From: Candidatus Latescibacterota bacterium | GTDB taxonomy: Bacteria > Latescibacterota > UBA2968 | Direction: 5' to 3' | Assembly: GCA_965222605.1 (NCBI GenBank) | Contig: OZ244960.1 | Span: 3,136,001 to 3,200,000 of the forward strand | Length of the DNA: 64,000 nucleotides | Part shown: in pieces, positions 57,280 to 64,000 of the stretch | Numbering within the stretch: the stretch's first letter is position 1 | Layout: each line of letters begins with the position of its first letter | Program-made: the position numbers and the translations under genes | The notes under the pieces: generated by a model | Seen by the model: the letters and a program-made list of their open reading frames with translations, nothing else | Told to the model about the DNA's origin: nothing | The model's database searches: none

Positions 57280-57600
57280 CTATTGAATCACGGATCTCGA
57301 TGTTGCGTTCAGGCGCGTTACCACGATGCGCTCTCGGTCAATTAGCGCACCTACCTGATCGCTCAATGTGTCGGTCCAGTACGGGTCTTCATAGACGGCT
57401 TTGTAGAGTTGCTCCCTTTGTTCCTCGCTTTCAAATCGACGGATCCACACGTAGAGATCGTCTTCTTCTTCGCCGACAAAACTACCGATAACTACCATGC
57501 CTTTTGATATTTGAAATGGGATGATTTCACTCTCCATAAATGCAACCCATTCTTCTCGTTTTCCAGGTTGGGTGCGATATTGACGTAATTCAAAAAACAT
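57280..57600 (-). CDS. NIPSNAP-family protein
   Basis: MFFELRQYRTQPGK...YVWIRRFES. Confidence 0.85.
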   Translation of the reverse strand: MFFELRQYRTQPGKREEWVAFMESEIIPFQISKGMVVIGSFVGEEEDDLYVWIRRFESEEQREQLYKAVYEDPYWTDTLSDQVGALIDRERIVVTRLNATSRSVIQ

Positions 57601-57634
57601 ATTTTTTTCCTTTGTGAGTGTTGTGATGGGAATC

Positions 57635-57862
57635 TCATGTCGAAGAAACAGACATAAGCCTGCGCTCTCGGTCCGCGGCAAATGCCAGGCAGGCGCGAAT
57701 GTCTTCTCGTGTAAGTTCGGGAAAGTCACTCAAGATTTCTTCAACAGACATGTCTGAGGCAAGATAGTCAAGCACGTCATAAACGGTGATCCGCATGCCG
57801 CGAATACACGGTTTCCCACTGCGTTTGCCAGGTTCAATGGTGATGATGTGTTGGTAGTCCAT
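57635..57862 (-). CDS. DUF433-family protein (putative antitoxin)
   Basis: GKPCIRGMRITVYDVL...FPELTREDIRACLAFAA. Confidence 0.9.
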   Translation of the reverse strand: MDYQHIITIEPGKRSGKPCIRGMRITVYDVLDYLASDMSVEEILSDFPELTREDIRACLAFAADRERRLMSVSST

Positions 57863-58091
57863 TGTCTTCCTTTTTTTAAAGGATTAAAATGCACGGCGAC
57901 GATTTAACTAATAGCCCGTAAGTCCCATCGCATCGGCTTTAGCGATGGGTCGCATGGCGAAGGGCTTACGAATCCCTACTTTCGCAGGGACATGCTTATG
58001 GAGCGGTGCTCTATCAGTGGGCATATCGCTAAGAGGCGATATGGATGCGGTGCGCCAACCAGATTTTTCCTCTATTCCCACGAAAAATGAC

Positions 58092-58120
58092 TTGACATAA
58101 TATACTCATAACTATATATT
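58092..58120 (+). promoter_or_regulatory. Sigma-70 promoter, probably giving a leaderless tnpB mRNA
   Basis: TTGACA-17 nt-TATATT, ATG 6 nt later and no Shine-Dalgarno. Confidence 0.7.
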
Positions 58121-58126
58121 TTTATT

Positions 58127-59245
58127 ATGCTTAAGTCCTTTAAATACAGATTGCGTCCGACGAAAAAACAGGAGAAAATCCTACTGGCGCACATTGAAGA
58201 ATGTCGCTTGCTGTATAACCAACTTGTCTGTGCAAGAGTGCAAGCATGGGAAAAGAATAAAGAAAGTTTATCTCGTTTCGAGCAACAGGCGACATTGCCA
58301 ATGCTGAAGCAACAGCGTATATCTTTTTCTCTTGTATACTCTCAAGTTCTTCAGCAAGTATGCCAGAGAGTAGATTGGGCGTTCAAAGGATTTTTCCGTC
58401 GCCTCAAAGAGCGGGCAAAGACGGGCGAGAAAGCTGGCTTTCCAAGATACAAGGGTCAGAATCGCTATGATTCTATCACCTATCCTCAGTTTTCCAACGG
58501 ATGCTGGCTGGACGAGAAGGGCTTGCGATTGGGTAAGATAGGCTGTATTCGTGTTGTGCAACACAGACATCTTGAAGGAACGCCCAAATCTTGCACAGTC
58601 ACACGCACGGCTACTGGTAAGTGGTTCGTGTCTATCTCTTGCGATATTGGTAGTGTGCGAGAAAAACGGGATGATGGCTCTGCCATAGGCATTGACGTGG
58701 GCATTGAAAAGTTCGCCGTGTTTTCTGACGAGACAAAGGTCGCTAATCCTCGCTTTTTTCAAAAAGAGGAAAAGGCACTTGCCAAAGCACAACGCAAGTG
58801 GGATAAAGTTAAAAAAGCGTCGCCAAAGAGACGCGAGAGAGCACGTAAGGTTGTTGCCAGAGTGCATGAGCGTATCCGTAATAAGCGACATAATTTTGTG
58901 CATCAAGCGTCTCGAAAGATAGTGAATAAATACGGCTTTGTTGCCGTAGAGAAGTTGAAAGTTAAAGCGATGCAAAAGCGTCGCCGTTTGTCTAAGCGTA
59001 TTTCCGACGTAGCGTGGTCACTGTTTCGGCATTGTCTCGAATACAAAGCGGAAGAGGCTGGTATTGGATTCAAGGCCGTAAATCCTAAATATACGTCGCA
59101 AGACTGTTCAGCTTGCGGACACAGAGAGAAGAAAGAACTTTCTGATCGTGTGCATCAGTGTAGGCAATGTGGTTATACCACAGACAGAGACCACAATGCT
59201 GCGATAAACATATTGACTTTGGGATTACAAAGTCAGGTGGCTTGA
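58127..59245 (+). CDS. tnpB: RNA-guided nuclease TnpB
   Basis: FKYRLRPT N-terminus, GIDVG (RuvC-I), VAVEKL (RuvC-II), CSACG/CRQCG, DRDHNAAINI (RuvC-III). Confidence 0.95.
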   Translation: MLKSFKYRLRPTKKQEKILLAHIEECRLLYNQLVCARVQAWEKNKESLSRFEQQATLPMLKQQRISFSLVYSQVLQQVCQRVDWAFKGFFRRLKERAKTGEKAGFPRYKGQNRYDSITYPQFSNGCWLDEKGLRLGKIGCIRVVQHRHLEGTPKSCTVTRTATGKWFVSISCDIGSVREKRDDGSAIGIDVGIEKFAVFSDETKVANPRFFQKEEKALAKAQRKWDKVKKASPKRRERARKVVARVHERIRNKRHNFVHQASRKIVNKYGFVAVEKLKVKAMQKRRRLSKRISDVAWSLFRHCLEYKAEEAGIGFKAVNPKYTSQDCSACGHREKKELSDRVHQCRQCGYTTDRDHNAAINILTLGLQSQVA

Positions 59246-59282
59246 CCGCCAAGAAGCCCAACTCCTCTATCGTTGGGAGTAA

Positions 59283-60359
59283 TCACATTTGTTCATACCA
59301 CCGCACATTGCCGGTTGACATACCGCTTGCTGCGATGTCCAATTTGCCGTTGCCGTTGATATCTACGACTTCCATTTGCCCCATGCCAATGCCGTTGTCG
59401 ATTTGTTCAATGTGCCATGTGTCTGTTTTCAGGTTCTCTGGACGATAGATGTTGAGGGCTGTGCCCGGACCGTTGTATCCGGCGACGACTTCCAGTGCGT
59501 TGTCGCTGTCTATGTCGCCACACCACAGGGAATGTCCGCGGTTGAGTTTGTCGCTGATTAGATGGCGTTCCCACGCGCCTGTTCGGATGTCGCTGGCCGC
59601 TTTGTACCAGACGAGTTCATTGCCGTGCCAGGGTTCGATGGATAGTATTTCATTCACGCCATCTCCATCTATATCTACGGCAAAGGTCTCGCTGCTTTCG
59701 CGGGGGCTTATGGTCCACCGGTTCCAGTTTTCCGCAAATCCATCCCCTTTGGGTGGCTCAAACCAGATCAGGCCGTCGCGTGTGCCGAGCAATAAATCCA
59801 TGCGGCCATCGCCATCTACGTCGCATACACTCAGGCCGTGATTGAGTCTCAATTGCCCATCGATTAATCGTTTTTCCCACGGTTCATTTACCGGGTCTTG
59901 GGGCACGCGATAACACCACAATTCACCCGGCGCATCAAAATCGTTGATATGGCTTCCCGCCCCTTGCAATGTCGCTACAAATAGCAGGGGTTGCCCGTTG
60001 ACATCTACCATTGCTATGCGGTGTAAATAGGGTACCCAGTCGATGAAGTGTTGTGTCCAGGCAGGTGCTTGAAACCAGTGCAAGTACTCCGGTGGTATCC
60101 GCTGTCTTCGCGCAAATCCGCTGCCTGCAATTACGTCTTTTCGACCGTTGCCCGTGACGTCGAATACCGATAGGGCGATGGTGCCGGGGTGCGCTTCTGA
60201 GATTATTTGTTTCTCAAAATCGGGACCTTCGTACAGGGCGATCATCGAGATTCCCGTGGAGCCGACCACGATGTCCAGGTGTCCTGTGCCTGTGACATCG
60301 GCGACTGTCATGCCATAGGCGCTGAGGATGTTGTCGTCTATTTCGTGAATTTTGAACAT
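59283..60359 (-). CDS. FG-GAP/VCBS repeat beta-propeller protein
   Basis: Repeated D-[VI]-x-G-x-G-x-x-D motifs; EPWHGN. Confidence 0.8.
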   Translation of the reverse strand: MFKIHEIDDNILSAYGMTVADVTGTGHLDIVVGSTGISMIALYEGPDFEKQIISEAHPGTIALSVFDVTGNGRKDVIAGSGFARRQRIPPEYLHWFQAPAWTQHFIDWVPYLHRIAMVDVNGQPLLFVATLQGAGSHINDFDAPGELWCYRVPQDPVNEPWEKRLIDGQLRLNHGLSVCDVDGDGRMDLLLGTRDGLIWFEPPKGDGFAENWNRWTISPRESSETFAVDIDGDGVNEILSIEPWHGNELVWYKAASDIRTGAWERHLISDKLNRGHSLWCGDIDSDNALEVVAGYNGPGTALNIYRPENLKTDTWHIEQIDNGIGMGQMEVVDINGNGKLDIAASGMSTGNVRWYEQM

Positions 60360-60415
60360 GTGTTCTCCAGTTTTGACTGTTCTCCTTATCGCTAATGGCT
60401 CAATATACCGCGTGT

Positions 60416-61525
60416 TCAAGGCAAAATCAAATGTAGATCGCCGAACTCGTGCCACAAATAATGTTTGTTGAGTGCGGCTTCATAAGTCAGTTTTAAGTGT
60501 TCTAATCCCGCCAATGCCTGGAGCATGGATAGATGTGTGGCACTCGGTTCGTGCATTCCGGTCAGCAAGCCATCTACAATTCGCATGGGATGATTGGGTG
60601 AGATTATCAGGGATGTCCATCCTTCACCTTGAGAGACCTGTCCGGTTTTATCGGCAACGGTCTCGAGTGCGCGCACTACTGTTGTGCCAATGGCGATGAT
60701 CCGTCCGCCATTTTTTCGCGCGTTGTTGATTACCTGCGCTGTTTCGGCTGATACGCGGTAGTATTCCTCGTAAGGCGGTTCATCGGCTTCCAGGCTTGCC
60801 ACGCCGGTGTGCAAGATCAGGGGTGCAATTTGAATGCCTTTTGCGACCAATTTTGTGATGATTTTGGGTGTGAATGCTCGGCCAGCCGATGGCATTTCAG
60901 CGCTGCCTATTTCTGTTGCATATACGGTTTGGTAATAGTCGATAGGCCAGTCGTTTTGCACATATCCATACCGGATGGGCATGCCGTATATATCCAGGTA
61001 CATATCCAGATCATAAGGCAGGTTCAGGGTTGCAACCCAAAGACGAATATCGGCGTTGGGAGTGTGCCGCTGTTCGGGGCGATAGGGCGCGTGCAGTTGT
61101 GCGGATCCACCACCGGGTAATGTAAAGACTTCGCCCGCGTGTGCATGAGAAAAAGGCAGTGTTGCTATATCATTGGGTTGACGTACTTCAACTGCCCACA
61201 TGTCGGCGGGCAGTTGCGTTGATAAATGCAGTCTGAGTTCTGTACCATCGGGCCGAATGATGGGCAAAGATGCTTTGCGCGTGCCACTGGTGTTGATGAC
61301 GACTACGTCGCCTGCATGTAGTACATTGGGCAGGTCGCGAAATGCGATGTGTTCAATCGCATCATCTCTTTGCCAAGAGACCATCAACCGAACCTGGTCC
61401 CGGCTGAGTCCACGCTCTTCGGGCGGTTCACCCGCTTCCAGATTGGATGGCAGGTCAAATGTTAGAGAGTCCAGCTTTGAGTCCATCATTGTAATGGGTA
61501 GTACTGTGTTGGGTATTATGGACAT
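60416..61525 (-). CDS. QueA-like protein (non-canonical subfamily)
   Basis: QueA fold (GDVVVINTS, YQTVYA, IAIGTTVVRALE) but GSAEMPSAGRAF/YLWHEFGD in place of the canonical APTAGLHF/YRFYSYGD. Confidence 0.82.
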   Translation of the reverse strand: MSIIPNTVLPITMMDSKLDSLTFDLPSNLEAGEPPEERGLSRDQVRLMVSWQRDDAIEHIAFRDLPNVLHAGDVVVINTSGTRKASLPIIRPDGTELRLHLSTQLPADMWAVEVRQPNDIATLPFSHAHAGEVFTLPGGGSAQLHAPYRPEQRHTPNADIRLWVATLNLPYDLDMYLDIYGMPIRYGYVQNDWPIDYYQTVYATEIGSAEMPSAGRAFTPKIITKLVAKGIQIAPLILHTGVASLEADEPPYEEYYRVSAETAQVINNARKNGGRIIAIGTTVVRALETVADKTGQVSQGEGWTSLIISPNHPMRIVDGLLTGMHEPSATHLSMLQALAGLEHLKLTYEAALNKHYLWHEFGDLHLILP

Positions 61526-61539
61526 GAGAAGTCTCCTTT

Positions 61540-62241
61540 TTAGTTTACGAGCGCGGCGCGTAACTCGCGTGCTGCGTAGCGGCCACTGGGAGAATTACTT
61601 TTCAGGAGTTCGATAAATCCCGGTACACTCGTTTCTGGCAAGGGGCGGTCGCTGATGTCTTCGAAAGGAAATGCTTCGCGGTGCATTTGCGTTCGCATAT
61701 CGCCGGGATCTACCCAGTAGATGCGCCAGTCGGGACGTTCTGCTGCGAGTACGTTTGAGAGTTGTTCAAGTGCGGCTTTAGAAGAGCCGTATCCGCCCCA
61801 GCCCGGGTATGCTTCGCGGGCGGCATCGCTGGTGATATTGATTACGCGGGCATCTAATTTTAATGTGTGTTGAAGTGCCTGGAGCACGCCCAGAGGTGCG
61901 ATTACATTGGCGCGATAGACGTCTGTCAGGATGTCGAGCGGGTAATTGAGCAATTCGGGTTGGGGACTCGGTCCCAATATGCTCGCGTTGTTGATTAAGG
62001 CGTCCAATCCACCGAGTTCATTTGCAGCGTGAGTTAGTGCTTTCCGATGTTCGGGGTCTGTTACGTCTCCGGCAATGGCGATGACGTCGGTCCATTTGCT
62101 CAGTTCTTCGCGTGCGTCTTCGAGTGCGTCTGCGCCTCTTGCGTTGATGATAAGTCGCCAGTTTTGCTGTACGAGTTCACGTGCGAGTGCCAGGCCCAGA
62201 CCACGAGATGCGCCGGTAATGAGAGCTGTTTGTGTTGACAT
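61540..62241 (-). CDS. SDR-family oxidoreductase
   Basis: TGASRGLG, NNAS, YGSSK, DPGDMRT; AGGAGG RBS. Confidence 0.9.
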   Translation of the reverse strand: MSTQTALITGASRGLGLALARELVQQNWRLIINARGADALEDAREELSKWTDVIAIAGDVTDPEHRKALTHAANELGGLDALINNASILGPSPQPELLNYPLDILTDVYRANVIAPLGVLQALQHTLKLDARVINITSDAAREAYPGWGGYGSSKAALEQLSNVLAAERPDWRIYWVDPGDMRTQMHREAFPFEDISDRPLPETSVPGFIELLKSNSPSGRYAARELRAALVN

Positions 62242-62289
62242 TTTGAAACCTCCTGTTAGGTTGAGATGCCATCTGTTTGTTGTGGTCAA

Positions 62290-62380
62290 AATGTAGCATA
62301 AAAAAAAGCCCTCTGCATCGCACAGAGGGCGTGTTTGAATCCCGTTCTTTAGGACAGGAAAGGACCTGTCTATTTTGTCA
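62290..62380 (-). promoter_or_regulatory. Operator plus -10 box (site C), overlapping the upstream gene's terminator
   Basis: Minus strand AGACAGG...CCTGTCC-TAAA-GAACGGG...CGAT-21 nt-TACATT; GCCCTCTG/CAGAGGGC + T-run terminator at 62300-62330. Confidence 0.6.
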
Positions 62381-62403
62381 AAATATAGTGCATCACTCGT
62401 TCT

Positions 62404-64000
62404 TCATCGTTTCCCTTCCCACAACTGCTGCATCTCTTCACAGTGATCCAGGAGTTCGTCCAATCGGCCCTGTGCATGCACGCGCCCGTCTTTGAGCACT
62501 ACAATGTGATCGGCACGACGAAGCGCGACCCGACGATGCGACGCAGCCAAACAGGTTGTGCCTTCGCGTTCAAACAAACGCGCCCAGAGCGCCCGTTCAG
62601 TTTCCACATCCAATGCACTGGACAAGTCATCAAATACATAGAGTTCGGGTTGGCGCACGTACATGCGGGCTGCTGCTGCGCGTTGAATTTGTCCACCGGA
62701 AAGTTTCACGCCACGCGATCCCACGCGTGTGTCCAATCCTTTCTCCATATCCTTCAGATCAGCTTCAAAAATCGCATCCCGAATCGCCGCATCCAAATCG
62801 ACGCGGTCTTCAGACAATCCCAGCAGAATATTATCGCGCAGGGTTTCGCTGAACAATCGGGGAACTTGCGCTGTGTACGCACAGCGCGGTGGCACCAGCA
62901 CAGATCCCGGATTTTCTACTACATCGCCATTCCATCGAACCGTGCCCCCATCGCGTGGCAACAGACCGAGCAGGGTGCGCAGCAGCGTTGTTTTACCCGA
63001 TCCCATGCGTCCCGTAATGACAGTGAATGCGCCGCGTTTAATGCGAAAACTCACATCTTCAATCCCGCGGTTGGTATCGAGATAGCGAAATGTGAGACCT
63101 TCAACGTCAAGCGCGTTTAATCGGTCTTCATCTTTTCGCTCCGGGTCGGGAATATCGGGCAAATCGCCTTTGAGATAAACCGGACTGTGCGCTACGAGGT
63201 TTTCGGGCGGTGCATCATTTAGCAATGTCAACAATCGCGCTCTTGAAACGCCCGCTTGTCTGTAGTGTGCAATTATTCGCCCCACATCGCGCGTAATGAT
63301 CGTTACGTAGGAGAGATAAAATACAAACAGGGCAAAATCGCCCACACCAAATGCGCCCGATTGCATTGCTTGCCCGGCCATGATTAGAATAATGCCCGTG
63401 CCCAGGTTTACCGTATTCCAGATCAGCGAATCGAGCACCCGGTTAAAAATCAGATCTTTGAGCGTACTGAGCCGACGTTTGTCATTGAGCGCATCAAAAT
63501 GCCCCAGCATGCGTTCCTCGGCATTGGCCACTTTAATCGCCTGCGCCGAAGCAAATAATTCGCCAATAAATCCGGTCACGTTACCCGTGGTTTCACGATT
63601 CGCTTCGCGGTATTTTTGAATGCGGTCCAGTGCCAGATTTACAATCAACACGATCAGTACCAGCGGCGTAAAGACCACCAGCGTGATCATGGGATCAATG
63701 TGAACCATTACGTAAATGGCTACAATTGTAAAGAGAAAATTTCCCACCAGGAATGGAAAACGCGCCAGAAACTGCGTTATCTCATTCACATCACCTCGAA
63801 AGCGGCTGATCGCCTCACCCGAGGAACCGGGGAGCAACATTGCCCCAGGACGTGAGAGGAGATGCGCCAAGACATTCTTGCGCAACAGTGCGCCCATGGC
63901 AAAAAACGTTTTGAAATGCAACGGAATATCAATAAAAACGAATACCGATCGCACTGCGGCGTTGGCGACTATCAGCGCACACAGTGTATAGGGTTCAAGG
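62404..64000 (-). CDS. ABC exporter, fused TMD + ATPase (5' end outside window)
   Basis: [22 protein letters not shown]. Confidence 0.92.
   Translation of the reverse strand, partial: LEPYTLCALIVANAAVRSVFVFIDIPLHFKTFFAMGALLRKNVLAHLLSRPGAMLLPGSSGEAISRFRGDVNEITQFLARFPFLVGNFLFTIVAIYVMVHIDPMITLVVFTPLVLIVLIVNLALDRIQKYREANRETTGNVTGFIGELFASAQAIKVANAEERMLGHFDALNDKRRLSTLKDLIFNRVLDSLIWNTVNLGTGIILIMAGQAMQSGAFGVGDFALFVFYLSYVTIITRDVGRIIAHYRQAGVSRARLLTLLNDAPPENLVAHSPVYLKGDLPDIPDPERKDEDRLNALDVEGLTFRYLDTNRGIEDVSFRIKRGAFTVITGRMGSGKTTLLRTLLGLLPRDGGTVRWNGDVVENPGSVLVPPRCAYTAQVPRLFSETLRDNILLGLSEDRVDLDAAIRDAIFEADLKDMEKGLDTRVGSRGVKLSGGQIQRAAAARMYVRQPELYVFDDLSSALDVETERALWARLFEREGTTCLAASHRRVALRRADHIVVLKDGRVHAQGRLDELLDHCEEMQQLWEGKR

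Larger units (their letters stand above)
57909..59286 (+). mobile_element. Non-autonomous IS200/IS605-family element (tnpB only)
   Basis: Left hairpin CCCATCGC/GCGATGGG (57924-57949); right end GAAGCCCAAC...GTTGGGAGTAATCAC; encloses tnpB; no tnpA. Left boundary is inferred. Confidence 0.75.

Noticed and set aside
57909-58090. Group I intron (IStron) at the tnpB left end
   Set aside because: Too short and no recognisable P7/catalytic core.
58127-59245. TnpB as a nuclease-dead TldR or as Cas12f
   Set aside because: All three RuvC acidic residues are present, IS ends flank it, and there is no CRISPR array.
60416-61525. Assigning the gene symbol queA
   Set aside because: Canonical motifs are substituted and the context (SDR, no tgt) points to a paralogous family.

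Overview
Bacterial chromosome window. The repeated PhyH dioxygenases, internalin-like LRR proteins, FG-GAP protein and expanded MacB/FtsX permeases suggest a Latescibacterota/Gemmatimonadota-like marine or sponge-associated organism, but this is inference only. 1-17.8 kb is a minus-strand array of six ~800-aa duplicated MacB/FtsX-type permeases with no ATPase in view, plus a permease 3' remnant, an embedded ECF sigma factor, a TlpA-like thioredoxin and a decayed toxin-antitoxin (TA) pair. Two near-identical sigma-54 promoter/enhancer modules face into this array. 18-28 kb holds an MFS transporter, a catabolic cluster and a Cys-rich GAF (AirS/YhcS-like) kinase with a NarL-type regulator. A shared tandem-palindrome promoter architecture occurs before a Rieske protein (25.7 kb), a GNAT (42.6 kb) and an SDR + QueA-like operon (62.3 kb). 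28-32.6 kb holds a second ECF sigma behind a long terminator-containing leader and a 3.4-kb TA-bearing segment bounded by a 23-bp direct repeat. 33-42.5 kb is housekeeping (frameshifted pdxH, pdxJ, His-rich tig, clpP, clpX, engB, serA, purA). 43-64 kb is accessory: an Rpn nuclease with an internal start, tandem LRR genes, ahpD, twin membrane proteins, an orphan McrB, orphan antitoxins and a tnpB-only IS605-family element. No rRNA, tRNA or CRISPR array was found.
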